The notes: generated by a model from the sequence alone, not told the origin. A DNA stretch of 64,000 bases from Tubiluchus corallicola (GCA_030141605.1 JAQGDQ010000332.1:124001-188000); one strand, 5' to 3'. Counted from the stretch's first letter, positions 1 to 62,289 are shown. Translations and numbers: made by a program.

Positions 1-545
1 GCAGCTGTGGTCTCTGCTGTGTTTGTTGCCTCAATTTCACTTGACGTTAATAAAACTGCGGTAGTTTCTACTGTCTCACTCTCGTTGTCATTCTCGGTTA
101 TATCTTGTTCCACCGTAAGAATACCTGTTGATGCAGCTGTGGTCTCTGCTGTGTTTGTTGCATCAATTTCACTTGACGTTAATAAAACTGCGGTAGTTTC
201 TACTGTCTCACTCTCGTTGTCATTCTCGGTTATATCTTGTTCCACCGTAAGAATACCTGTTGATGCAGATGTGGTCTCTGCTGTGTTTGTTGAATCAATT
301 TCACTTGACGTTAATAAAACTGCTGTAGTTTCTACTGTCTCACTTTCGTTGTCATTCTCGGTTATATCTTGTTCCACCGTAAGAATACCTGTTGATGCAG
401 CTGTGGTCTCTGCTGTGTTTGTTGCCTCAGCTTCAATTGACGTTAATAAAACTGCTGTAGATTCTGTTCTAAGCGTGTTACCCGTATTCATTGATGATGT
501 AGATACTGTCTCACTCTCGATGTCATTTTCGGTCATATCTTGTTG
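1..545 (-). repeat. 132-bp coding tandem repeat (at least 3.5 copies plus a degenerate leading copy)
   Basis: The unit start gcagctgtggtctctgctg recurs at 1, 133, 265 and 397. The period is a multiple of 3. Confidence 0.95.
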
Positions 546-1343
546 CATCATAGAATTGCTTACAGATTCCTCTCCATTTTGAAACTGCGCCATGCTTTCA
601 ACGTCATTCTGCTCTTGCCTTATCTGATCTGTTATGCCACTTTCTGGAGAAGAGACATTTGACAGTGGCTGGAAAATTTCTTCAGAAATAGTTTGCCCAC
701 TGAGTAATCCACTTGTAATATTGTCAAAATCGTTTTCATCTGAAGCATCTGTAATTCTAATTTCATCAGTCTGTCCGAGCGCCGATGAAACTGTGATCGC
801 ATTTACGGAATTTGTTTGTCCTGTTGTTTCTGAATCAGTATTTTCAGTTGTAGTGTGCATTGTCATTACTGCAGCTGTTGCTTGACTTCCAAAATCTGTT
901 TTCCCTGCATCTAGTGCGTTTGTTGTAATGTCTGTAGTTTGTTTAGTTACACTTACTGCATGTGTCGTCACTTCAGCTTGCTCCGTCATTTCTGAAGTTC
1001 TAGCTTGGCCCTCAGTTTCATTTTGGTTGACCGCTTGTAACACTGCTTGCAGTATCGGTTGCAATACGCTTTGTAGCATTTCAAAAGCACTACTTGAACC
1101 TCCATTAGTTTGTGTGTTTGGTGGTGATCCTATTGTAGTTGTAACTGCAGTGCTTGTCAACTCGTTGTTTCTTTGCTCCTCTTCGGCTAGTGCTTCTCTA
1201 GTTTGAACTTTAGTTTCTACCACTACTGAAGACATTTCCGATGTTCCTTCGGTTGCATTTATTAGTGTTTGTTGTGCATCAGTTTCTTGTAAAATTACTG
1301 TTGTAACTAGTAACGTGATAATCCAGAAATGCGAGAAACGCAT
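1..1343 (-). CDS. Secreted mucin-like, Thr/Ser/Glu-rich tandem-repeat protein (5' part; continues beyond window start)
   Basis: The reverse-strand frame is open from ATG at 1343 to the window edge (about 447 codons). The ORF track misses it because there is no stop in the window. It begins MRFSHFWIITLLVTTVILQETDA-QQTLINATEG (signal-peptide-like), then a T/S/E/Q-rich region and 44-aa repeats STGILTVEQDITENDNESETVETTAVLLTSSEIDATNTAETTAA. Confidence 0.8.
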   Translation of the reverse strand, partial: MRFSHFWIITLLVTTVILQETDAQQTLINATEGTSEMSSVVVETKVQTREALAEEEQRNNELTSTAVTTTIGSPPNTQTNGGSSSAFEMLQSVLQPILQAVLQAVNQNETEGQARTSEMTEQAEVTTHAVSVTKQTTDITTNALDAGKTDFGSQATAAVMTMHTTTENTDSETTGQTNSVNAITVSSALGQTDEIRITDASDENDFDNITSGLLSGQTISEEIFQPLSNVSSPESGITDQIRQEQNDVESMAQFQNGEESVSNSMMQQDMTENDIESETVSTSSMNTGNTLRTESTAVLLTSIEAEATNTAETTAASTGILTVEQDITENDNESETVETTAVLLTSSEIDSTNTAETTSASTGILTVEQDITENDNESETVETTAVLLTSSEIDATNTAETTAASTGILTVEQDITENDNESETVETTAVLLTSSEIEATNTAETTA

Positions 1344-3179
1344 TGTGGAGACTCGTGTGCGCGTTTAGTCTTATAAACTCAACAACAGTTCTCGCGAAAT
1401 GCGCCGCTTTGCAATCTGTTAAATCCCATTCTTACAATTCTACATTTATGAATAATTCATTAGGAAAACAAATCTATGTTCCAAGCCATTAGGTCAGTTG
1501 CAAAACATACTAAAACGGCATGACAGACCTTTCACATACGTTGGTGACCTCAATTCTAATGAACTTGTTATTGGAAGTTTTAGAGCAGAATCCTGCTTTC
1601 GAACTGATATTTTTCTTCAGTTATTCTGGTATATGACTGTCTTATAAAGAACGCACTACATTCCCCATTACGCATGCGTTTTATTCCTTATCATTTTATG
1701 TGGTTTACAAAATATCGGCAACTTTTCTAAGCACACAAATATATGTCACCGGTTATATTTTCATTTTTGTCACGTTCATTTAATCATGTCCTAATGCGAA
1801 TATCATTTTTAATCAATTTCGTTGGGTCAGTGCACAACTTCAAAGAATAATTAATATGGTAAGCCTATATGTAATGGAAAACGTTACTTGTGATGCCAGG
1901 CACGGTTCACCGGGAAAGCATACATAGCTCGAGAAATAATGGCGGTACTGATAACAAAATGACAATTTTGAATTGAGTGCTTTACTTTTACGGTTCACTA
2001 GTTTTTAGTACAAGTTGTGAACAGAAGTTATCGAGCAATTAGGTTTTTTTGTATTAGACCTTTTAGTGAGTGCAGAAGCCCGCATTTTCAAGTACGTTGA
2101 ATTCTATTACGGTCATAATTAGGATGAGCTCAAGTCATTTCTTATTGTTTTGAGATATTATTGCCTACAGATAAATTTAATTGTGTGGCAATATTACCGT
2201 TATCACTACCCAATCATTAATAATTGAATTTCTGCTAAATTACGTCTTGCTGAAAATAGCTGCCTTAATTCCGTTCGTGAATAGAATGGCCCGTTCTCAG
2301 CTATGCTTATTAATGTATGTCACCTTAGTGTAATTACGTGCGATTTTAGTAGATTTTTTTATTGGCTGTCATTTTACCACCCGTTAGATTTACAGAAGTA
2401 AAAATTTAGGTTAGGATGTGTTACATAATTCTGTATTATATATAAGTCTCTTTGTTTTTCCCGCCGCTCTTTAAGTGATAACTGAATCAATATAGAGGAT
2501 TGCTGTCTTCTTTATAATTAGGCGTGCATCGATTACTAGATTGTTTTCCTTGCCTTCCTCCCCTATAGCTGCCACCAGATTCGGTCTTGGATAACCTGTG
2601 TTCTTGGCGCCAAGTAGTCATGCAATGAAGAATGCAGTAGAGAATAATGGAAGCCATTTCGTAAACCTCTAGCTCGATCAGTTAAAAAAATCTTAGCTGC
2701 GATATGGAAGCAAATTGCACTTTACAACGCTTGTGGTAACTATACTCGTATGAATTTGCTCAAGTTTTGTTCCATTACATGTATCGACACAGACCTGTAC
2801 TGCCTTCGACATAAACAAATGTCGGCAGGTGTAGTTATTTAATTTCTATTCCGATTTATAAAATTACATGAAATGCTTGAGTCTTTAAATTTAATTTTTA
2901 TTATAGATAAATTAAAATACTCAAAGCATACTTTGATAGTGGTACAACACGATCAAATTCAATGCGCCCTACAAAAGCGGTAACGTTGAACAACGAGAAT
3001 CCATGTATTGCGAAGGTGACATACAACACCGTTGGCAACACTCCAGACGGAAAACAAAAATATCTATTCATTATAGTCCCAGCTATTACTAACATCAAAT
3101 TTAAAACTTATTCAAAATTCCAGTCTAATTCTGTTACATAATTGCAAAAAAATGCCACAGGTTGAAAAATGTAGTTTAA

Positions 3180-4818
3180 AGGGGGAGAAGCCTAGCTGAA
3201 TGGTCCGAGGTTCTAAAATACCTTTTCTTTATTAACCAGTGCCGAAAAACGTGAGTAAAAAAGAAACATATTTACGTGAAGAGCACTGTACTCACTTGTA
3301 CATATGACTGCTATGAAAAAGAGAAACAGTTAATTGCAATGCTGACATATACATTTTACATATTTACATACAGACACAACAGTGCAAACAAACAAACAAT
3401 ATTAATCTGTGTAATTGTAAACTAATCAAATAATTTATAACTAAGCCGTCTAGAACAGGGGTAATGTCTGTGCTTTCTATAACACAGTATCTGCACATTA
3501 CCAATGAGTTTGGATGAGAATAGGATAAGGACATTCATATATACCTAGAAATAAGCAAATTACAAGAGTAAAATTACGTACACCATAAACATTATATTTA
3601 CAAGGTCAGGACCGGTCAGAACTGGATTCTACTTATGCATAAGGATTCGGCAAGTGTTTGACGTAAATCGCGACTGTGTTACACCTGCAACAGTCCGCGA
3701 CAATAACCAACCTAACCAATCAACGCGGAACAGCTAAATTATAATATTTGTACCACAATCTACAGTTTGATAATTACAGATTAAACAGTTTCTTCATCTG
3801 TAGGAGAAAATTGCAATTACAAAATATTAAAATATATAGCATAAATGCTAGGCAAGCTTTTGAAACAGTTCTGATCATTTAATTTTAATACTAACAAATC
3901 ATAACTAATCTACAGGATATTATTTCAGTTCTTCCAACTCAATACAAATTTTCACCATCACTTATGCCTTAATTTATACAATACTAATCTAATGCTTGAA
4001 TGAGTCAGTACATGTATTGTGGCCCCATCTAGTACTACTGATCACCAAAATAGCAAACTGACAGGGCATCTCGGGCAAACTAGTTTAAACATTATCCACT
4101 CAGCGACGCTACGATGCCGAAAAGGATGTTCGTCAAGTCTGGGAAGTTCTGCGTGTTCTTAAAGCAAAACCTGACCTGTTTTAATCTTAATCTTAATCTT
4201 AATCTTAAGCAAATCTTAAACTGTAGCTCAAAACAATCTACTCTTTAAGATATTGAAAGGAAACATACTATTTTTCTCAAAAATGACTTACGCAAAAGAA
4301 TTATTACCATGCAAATGCAATTTCGCATACGCGCCAATAGTTCTTCGCTGTTACATGCATTTTGCTACTCGCCAGTTAGGCAGATACTAGCGAATGCATT
4401 TCGAAATTGCGGTGCACAAAAAACAGGTACTGCACCTCTCAGTTCAAAAGTGTTCGTTTGTGACGTAATGCACACGTTAGACAGCTCATTCTTGAGCATT
4501 CAATTTGAGCGGTCAATTTTAAATTTGAATTTTTACCTTAAAACTTGCCTAATTTTAGTACAACACACTAAATATCGTACAGTAGCACTGTACTTCAATT
4601 TTGCAAACACGTGCAACACGCTCGCGGAATGTTTTTGCTGTTGAAAATTGCGTTAGTTTGTGATGTCATCAATAGATGGGCTCGCCCTTCATTAATTACA
4701 GTTTTAATCTACTATTTAATTATCAGAAACGCGTTTGCAGTATTATTGGTATTAAAATCTATACTTTTACCGTACTTGAAAATGGGGTAGTACATATGAA
4801 AAATCATCCTATCTCCCT
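3180..4818. mobile_element. Possible Kolobok/T2-type non-autonomous DNA transposon
   Basis: TTAA at 3176-3179 is followed by AGGGGGAGAAG. The right end reads AGGGAGATAGG in reverse complement next to TTAA at 4819-4822. The TIR is short and imperfect. Confidence 0.3.
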
Positions 4819-7800
4819 TTAAGCTGAGAAATAAACAAAAAAATTAGCTAGTACAAGATGTTGATGCTACATAATTATTGCAAACATGCGCAGTACAACA
4901 TACACACGAAACACGCACAATAACTGATCAAAGATTTTGACTCTGATGTAAAAAGCTGCATTCTGCCATCATCAATAACACGTGAATTTTTACAAAATTA
5001 TAGTCCTGCAGCATTATACAGAAATGTATTCGAAAAATTCAAAACTCGTAATAAATCTTGCTTTGTTCTCCACAATTTATTACAGCAGTTTGTAAGATCC
5101 ACGTTTCGCTTTACAAAATAATGGAATTTACTTTTAGGTGATTAACCAACCAACTTACTTTGTAAATGTATTTTTATTTTTACTGAAGTTACTAAAATGT
5201 TGTCTTTATAATGTTTATGTATATGAGTTAATTCATTATCTCCGGATTGTAATTGAGCCAATTGTTTTATCAAATGAAGTGTGATATTTATTGTGATGTC
5301 CTTTATTCTTTTCTTGGCACTTTCTCCTACTTGGCACTTGCACCGTGGAAATACATGTATCAGTCGCAGTCTGTTTTGCAAATTCACTGTATATATGAAG
5401 TTAAACTAAACTAAAGTAACTGCTTAACTAAAAATCTCACTCGTAACTCACAAGTCGCAAACTGCGTGTTCACTGAGTTAGTCAGTCAGCCATTCATACC
5501 ACTTTGTTTAGTAATCAATTAGTAAATCAGATGTGAAATAGAAAAATAGTAAGTTAAACAATCAGTATATATGTCGCTGAGTCAGTCAAAAAAATTAGCG
5601 AGTTAATTAGTTGGTCCAGCAGTTGGTACTTAATCAGCCAATTATTAAGTTTTAATTTTATAATCGCGAATTACCCAGTGGATGAATAATTAATGGATAA
5701 TAATAAAAAATGACTGAATAAAAAACTGATAAGATAGCTTTTAGTTATTATTGACTCACCCAGCTTGTTCAGCGTATCACATGCGATGTCTCGCGATTCT
5801 GGTAGCTCCTATGCAGGTACGCATCCATTTCGCCGTTTGACAGTTCTCTAGTTAAATATCTGTACTTTGTTAATACGTTATTCATAAACAAATTGTTTTT
5901 ACTGGCCAGTGGTATTCGCCACTATTACAGTTCGCGCCAGCGGCACGCTTCGCCAATATTAACATTTGTTTTTTTGTTTTTTTTGTTTGTTTGTTTTTTG
6001 TGCAACTTTTTTATGCTGGTTTAGCCTTCCAACTTCTTTTATTTTTTAGTTTTTTTATTCATGGTATACACGATATATTGTACACGGATATACAATCGAA
6101 ACTGAATTTGACTGTCGACAAAGAAATTGCCAAGAAAGAAAGAGCAACACAGCAAACATTTCTCTCTGTGTCTCTCGTTCTTCTTTATATTTTCGTATTC
6201 TTTCTTTCAGTTTTCTTTCTTCCCCTTTCTTTTTCTGCTCCCCTTCTCTTTCACTGTCTATATTACTGAGGTTTGGCTCCGCACCAATTGCCAGTGCCAT
6301 GGCACAGGCCTTTCTCTTCTGATCTTCAAGATAGTAGAATCTGACATAGGCACTTGACCTGGACTCAAGATCGGTGCTCAGATGACGGCGTATCCCCATA
6401 TACAAGGTCATGACCAGTTTTCTTAAGCCTGTCGGGTGAAAATCTATTTTTTACTGAGACCAACAGACTTTTCAATGTGTTCGTGGATGCATTTCCCGAC
6501 TGCCCGCCCTGTGAGATGCTTTGCCGTATGAAAATTAGGAAAGAGCAAAAGTCAGTTGGGAAACCTTCGACATTGGAACACGTGCGCTTTACCCAGGTTT
6601 CAGGACAATGAGAGGGTGACAGGCTCTCTCGCAACCATACTTTTGTGTTTTACTACTTCAAACACGCACTTGCTTCATTGTCTTCACTGCCGCCCTCAGA
6701 AAACTTCATTGCAATAGCTCATGGGCGTGTTGCGTTGTCTACAGATATGGATCTAGTGACCATTTGCTGGCAGCGGTCAACTGATCCATATATAAAGGCA
6801 CAGATATGAAAAAATCTTTTTAATAACTCAGGGTGAAAAAGAACCACGAAAATTGATGTGCTATTAATAGGTATGCAATTATATCCTAATTTGTGAGTCG
6901 TGGGCCACACAACTTCACGACTCATAGATATGACCTTTTTAAAAGTGACCATTTTTTGTGAATAACTTTTAAATCTTCCCCATATGGGGACACCAAAGCT
7001 TGAATGAAGGTAGTTAATGTCCAGTACGGTGCAACCCTATAACGAATGGGTAAAAGTGGTTAGCAACCTTCATTTGTCAGCTCCCACCACCTTGTAACCA
7101 CATATGTTATAAGTGTGACCAACAAAGGTAGGAATAATGGGCCGTGGCGCTGCAAGTTTTTATAGGTGGCATCTGGGTGACACCTCGTTGGATAGAAATC
7201 GACAGCAGTAGCACCACTGGCCGCCATCTAGGTGGTGCTTCTGTCTTGACTAATAGGGGTAAATTTAAACAACGGCCATTAAATTTTGGCCGTCGTAGAT
7301 CTGATGGGGTGTTCGTCAGGTGATTCCATAAGGGTTTCTTCGAGAGTTATGGCTTCCCTTTTTAGTCATGTACCTTTGTACCATATATTAAGTAAAGTAC
7401 CGACACGAGTTTGGAAAAACGGCCATAGTGTGGAATTATTATAATGGTGGCACACGTCCTGCGACGTCACTCAGCCTTTCATTGATGCTCGTTATTTCTG
7501 CATTCTTATTATCAAGCCTTTCTCGTAGTTTAAATCATCGATTATACTTTGCATTAAGCTCTGCAAAGCTTTTGACTAGGATAAGCCACGTCCGTCTCTC
7601 CGTCTGACTCCACCCAAGTAACTTTTTATTCACTGTTGTTGCAGTTAGCTAAAATCGTTTTAGAACTAGTACAAGCAGTGTTTTAGCGTCGGCAAATTCT
7701 GAATGCCCTTCAGAAGGTCTAAAGCATCAATGGTTAAGTCAGTCGAACCAGGTTACATAGTTTGGATAGCTGATTCTGCTTGAGCGGCAAATTCTGAAAT

Positions 7801-8119
7801 TAATTTTGTCATTTTGTCCAGTGCTAATGTCATTTAGATATGTGCAACAACACCAGTCCAGTCTGAATGTTTGTCACAATATTGTCTACGTCATCTACTT
7901 CTTTACGAATTTTTGCAATTGTCCTCTAGGTGCCATTAATCTCGTCTGTGACTACTAAAAAAATTTCTCTAGCTCCAAGTAAAGCTGACATCATCAGCCT
8001 CGCCATTAGCGATTTTCAAATGGCTGCTTACGGTAAAGTGTTTGCGTCTGTTCACGAACTAGGTAAAAATTATTAACTGCACGTTAGATTTTCATAAAGT
8101 GCAAAAAAATCCGCGGTTA

Positions 8120-8600
8120 GCTTGTTAGACACCGAAGCCGACATACAAAGAAGAAAAATTATTGCGTTGTCTGCTTATTCAGATCTCACAACAATAGACT
8201 TCCTGTTGAAACCAAAGCCTGAATCCTTTCAACTTTAGTTGAACCTGTGCTTATGTACAATGTTAAGCTATGGACAATGAAAGTTAACAGCAGATGGACG
8301 CTTTTCAAAGACGTTTCCATAGAAAATTGTTAGATATTAAATGGCCTGATAGAATATCCAATGTGATGTGGTGAAGATTCTGAAAAAGAATCCTTGGAGT
8401 AAACAATTACAAGTAAGAAGATTGCTTTGGATTGGGATGCACTGAGACTAGTTCAAGAGTCTCTTCTTCCCATAGCATTACGTGAAACTCTTGAAGCGAC
8501 AAAAAGCCGAAAGTGGGTCAGGTACTGACGTATATAGATATACGGCAAGAAGATTTAGCAAACACAACTCTAGATTTGAGGGATGATCCATCGTGGGCAG
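8120..8600 (+). mobile_element. Decayed RTE-type LINE 3' fragment
   Basis: Broken frames give TLVEPVLMYNVKLWTMK, MDAFQRRFHRKLLDIKWPDRISN and PWSKQLQVRRLLWIG. These parallel the C-terminal region of the intact RTE in this window (LLYGSETW...RRLLDIRWEDRITN...RRLRWLG). Confidence 0.7.
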
Positions 8601-9479
8601 TGGTGGTGGACAGGAATACGTGGCATTAACAGGTGGGACGTACCATGTTTTAGAATGTAGACGGACCTAGACAACGACAACGTTTCTAGCTGGCCTCTTG
8701 TTTCGATATGTTGTAAATCACATATTTGCCAGCTGTCGCTGGATGTAAAAATGTCTGTCGTCACAGTTGTGATTAGTATTAGTATTGAGTCACGTATTGC
8801 ACGGTGCAGTATTTGGCTGTGTGAGAAATTTTTTGCCTTACTATATTGAAAGTGATGTCATTTTAATAAATGTCCTCATTTTATCAACTAATTTCATGCT
8901 TGCTGCTTTTGCAAATAAGGTATACAGGTTCAGCAAATTTACCACTAGGTTGGTTTAATGAAGATTAGCTTACAAAAATAACTTTTGGAAATATTATTAG
9001 TTGATTTATGAAGAAACAAATAAAGTTACAGCATCAAAAACCACCCCAACATTTGCGAGAAGAGGCAAAGCAAATCGATAACATGTCATTTTTCAGATCG
9101 CAACTACATTCTTTGTATAACCAAAAAGAAGGTACAGAATACAATGTAACATATTACACTATAACATTGATTATTGCCTTGATATTCACGCTCTTACAGT
9201 ACAAAAATTGCAAGAAATATACACGGGAAGGCACCAAAACTGATATCACATGGGTTCTCCAGTATTGGATAGATTAGGCCAAAATAAAAAAATGCTTTGA
9301 ATAATTTTATAAAATCTAAAGTCACTATGATCATTAGGATAAAATTTAATATCAAAAATTCTAACTTGAAAAATGTATGTTATCAAAACAAATGTACTAG
9401 TGGTAATACCGCAAAAGAAAAATGGAAAGTCATTAATGACGGCATTGAAGAATAATAGATTCATGCCTCATCTGAAATG

Positions 9480-10710
9480 AATATAAAGTAAAAATTTACG
9501 ATAGATATTTTCCACCTTCTCTAAGATTTGCCCTAACTGTTAGTGAAATATGCATAATTGATCTAAATGAACTAGATGTTCTAGCTAATAAGAATCTGCT
9601 GCACCATAATAAGTTTCTGCGCGACTGGTGCCGGTTAACCAAGCCTGCAACATCAACGTTTTTGCATCTAGCTAAACGCCTAAACTTGAAGTAGCCTAGT
9701 CATATTTATAAAGAATCACGTTCTTCCATAACCAACATATCAGAAAAAAATGATGATGAACTAGTTCAATCGCTCAGTCTCTTTAGATAATAAATTGTCA
9801 ATGAAATGTTCATGGTCACATAAGAAATCAATTTCCGTGTACTGCAATAATATTTTCACTGATCTAGTTCAGCAGAAGAACTAAGCTCAAAAAAGAACCA
9901 AAGGCTAAAGTCCAGTCACTTATTCAGTCCGGTTGGCAAGATAAAATTAAAACTCTGGCGATGCAAGGTCGTTTTTTAGAATTGCCTATCGAAAAAGATT
10001 GCATTGACTGGAAATGCGTGGCTTACAATCTCCCGAAGGGCGTTCTGAAATTCATGTATAATGCAGCAATCGATGCGCTACCCACTAATTACAACCTTAT
10101 TGTCTGAGGCAAGAAAAACACAGCCAATTGCTTAAACTGCAAACTGCAACTCCACTGAATCATCGTCTCACATTTTGAATTCTTGTAAAGTTTTCGTTCG
10201 GTAAGGTACATATACACGACAACACCGTTCATTTTGGTATAAGCGGCTTCTTCAGTGTCTGCCAACTGGCTTCATAGTTCATGTTGATCTACTTGGGTTT
10301 TAACAACAATAGAATTAGCACTATGCCACTTGAATGTACACAAACTACATCCATCCCCGACATATGCGTCTTCAATAAACTGCTGAAGAAACGATTCATA
10401 TTCAAGCTGACAGTCCCTAAACATCGAAAAAGTTTAAAGCTTAAAGAGAATAATTATGCAACGTTGGTTGCAGACATTGAAGAAAAATTCTTTGAAGTGC
10501 AATATTCTGCAATCGAGATTGGGAGTCGCCGGCTTTGATATGTTTGCTAGTATTGTCCTGCCCACTCAATCCACTCTCATGCAAATCTACTGTCAAAAAT
10601 AGAATGTACATTAAATTTTTGCGGGGCTATGTGCTAGCTCAAACACTACAATGTGACTTGTACAATCTTATTTCATCGATTATTTAGTGTGAATGCGGAT
10701 AAAATAATTA
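9480..10710 (+). mobile_element. Decayed RLE-type non-LTR retrotransposon (HERO/NeSL/R2 group), 3' portion
   Basis: Translates with stops and frameshifts. RT thumb: RYFPPSLRFALTV...KFLRDW. Then MQGRFLEL...WKCVAYNLPKGVLKFMYNAAIDALPTNYNL. Then a CCHC knuckle (CLNC...HILNSC), a GTYTRQH variant of the RH motif, and a restriction-like endonuclease region (PDIC...LTVP...K...YATL). Confidence 0.75.
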
Positions 10711-11024
10711 ACCCAAAACGTTACACGTTGACGTATTGCAGGCTATAAAGACCATTTTCTACACTGAGCTGTAGAGTGTTGTTATCGGCTTATTCTTTTT
10801 TTAATTTATCAATATATGCCAGCACATATAACTATATAACAATATACTTAGCACATATCGATAGTATGGCATGATGAAGAGGATAGACAAACTGATGTCG
10901 CCATAAAATGATTGTGCCACATGTGCACAAAAAAGCATAATTATACACTTTAACGTAGTAGGTCTAAGCATCATTTATTCTATTTTAATTACGTATGATT
11001 TTAAAATCTTAGCATGATCATATC

Positions 11025-11172
11025 CTACCATACAATGCCATATTATACGACGCCGTACCGTTCTACTCCATGTCACATCACACCTCACCTCACATACCGC
11101 ACCAAACCGTACCCTACCGTAACTATAACGTCGTAGACCTATCGTATCGTATTGTGTCATATCATACTATAT
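11025..11172. repeat. Degenerate pentanucleotide satellite (ACCRT/ATCRT)
   Basis: 5-bp periodicity, e.g. accat acaat gccat ... accgt accct accgt ... atcgt atcgt. Confidence 0.7.
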
Positions 11173-11283
11173 CAAGTATTATAAGGTTATTTGTTGGTTT
11201 CCGTGACGGTAATGAAATAGATTTCTAGAATGTTCTTAATTGAAAAAACATTCACATGAGAAATTAAATTCTAGGAACTAAAC

Positions 11284-11716
11284 CAGGGGTGTGCAAACTG
11301 CGGCCCGCGGGCCACTTGCGGCTCACCTAGAGATCTTGTGCGGCCCGCGAAGAGGTTTGTCAACGTGATGAAAGTGCGGCCCACGCGATCCAGCTGAAGT
11401 CTGCGCCAATATCGCAAAGATAGCGCGGGTAGTTTTTTCCTCTAGATCGGATGGCATTAACCCTTACAAGACCGTTGTCACTTAATGTCACTGTCTGACA
11501 TGATGAAATATATGGTTTTTAATATAAATTTTAATAACTTCTAAAATAGTTTCTTGAGTGTAGTAGTGCAGTAGTAATGATGCGTGCAAATTGGATGCAA
11601 AAAAATCGTTATTAGGTCCTACTGTACTTGGCTCCTTGACCAAACTGTATGTGGCCCACAGGAATTGCGAGAATGTTTCATGTGGCCCGGCCAGTCAGAT
11701 AATTTGCACAACCCTG
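11284..11716. mobile_element. hAT (Charlie/Buster-type) MITE, 433 bp
   Basis: TIRs CAGGGGTGTGCAAA / TTTGCACAACCCTG. Perfect 8-bp TSD AACTAAAC at 11276-11283 and 11717-11724 (nnnTAnnn pattern). Subterminal GCGGCCC motifs. Confidence 0.93.
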
Positions 11717-12364
11717 AACTAAACCCTTCATATTAGTTCATTAATCTTTTTTTGGAAAGCTCAACCCTGTGGTAAAAGTGGACAAGGTTCTCTACTTCCT
11801 GAAAAAAGCAAATAAGAAAGCAAACAGTAAAAAAGCGTCCAATCTAGGTGAGAGATATCACCTACATATATAAAATCCGTTTCTGACCTTTGCAAAAACA
11901 AACTTTTCGTAGACCTGTGGGTGTCATGTGGAGCCGTTGAATTCCTGAGCCATGAGATGCGAAGTCAATTTTTTGTATTTTGCATTTTGCTGTATTTTTG
12001 TTCTTTTTCACTTCGCCCTTTTTCATTTCCAATCATTTCTTTATTGAGTTTTTTATTATTATTAACAGTGAAGTCACGGGTAAGCTATTTAATTCTGAGC
12101 ACAGTAAAGTGATGCTTCACCTTAATGGAGAAAAGCCAGGAGGAAGCTGCTCAGCTACATAGTGAAGCTACTCATGCTTGTAACATAAGAAAGTTACAGA
12201 CCCTGGTATAGAGGACATCAATTCAACTTCATCAGAGATACATCACCCTTTGTTTCACGGGCAGTAACGTACCACCTAGGCAATCGCGCCAGGCTGCTGT
12301 GTAAAAGGAAGCTGTGAAGGTGAAAACTGTGCGGGATAGCAAGAAACTGCAATTCTGCGACGCA

Positions 12365-12433
12365 TGACGTTTGAAAAATCCTTACTGCGTCAGGGCGCCT
12401 ATAAAATTGCGCATATCTCTATGGATTTCAGAG
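12365..12433 (+). promoter_or_regulatory. Candidate Pol II core promoter of the GPCR gene (CRE half-sites, BREu, TATA, Inr)
   Basis: TGACGT at 12365 and TGCGTCA at 12386. GGGCGCC (exact SSRCGCC BREu) at 12393-12399 abuts TATAAAA at 12400-12406. TCAGA has its A at 12430, 30 nt after the first T of TATA and 617 nt upstream of the ATG. Confidence 0.6.
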
Positions 12434-13046
12434 CAGTAAAGGACATGCGTTCAACTAATAAGAGTTGTAAGAAAGGGCAAGCATTACTAAATGCTGCCAT
12501 CTGTTGCATGTAGTGTCTAACAAATCTTATAAGAATTATCAGGCAATAAACTGGCAAAAAGTCGCTGTCACACTGAAGAACTGACGTTTCCGAAAACTTC
12601 GTGAATTTACACGTGGAGTCTGGAGAGTAACTCACCAGCGAAAATCATCTCTCACTTGCAAATACGACTGCTTTTATTATCAACTCTCACTTGCTAAAGG
12701 ACTGGTCGATAAAATTCGCGTTGAAAACTATTTTGCAAGTACTTTTGAAAAGTATTTTCCAAAGCGACAAAACGAAGTCATCAAACAGTATAGAGAAAGC
12801 ACAACTCAAAATTGTTCATTAGGAGAACCAAGAACTCTCAGTTTTAATGACCTGGATATAATTCTAACTGGGCACTGCAAATCAGCTACGTCTTAAGCTC
12901 ATTCTGGCATCACATTCTGCTGCCTTTAATGAATGTCTATCTTCAACTTGATATCAGTATTCGAAACTTTGAACAACTATCAACCTTAAGTCTCATTTAA
13001 AGCGGTTTCAATACCTTCCTTGATCAAAACTTGCAAACAAACAAGC

Positions 13047-62289
<49,243 letters not shown>

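Noticed and set aside
7-1206. Plus-strand Val/Ser-rich ORFs (7-582, 634-885, 928-1206)
   Set aside because: They are antisense shadows of the minus-strand mucin-like CDS.
6305-6345. Resemblance to the U2 snRNA 5' end (ggccttt...agat...gtag.atctg)
   Set aside because: The branch-point pairing sequence GTGTAGTA, the stem-loops and the Sm site are not present.
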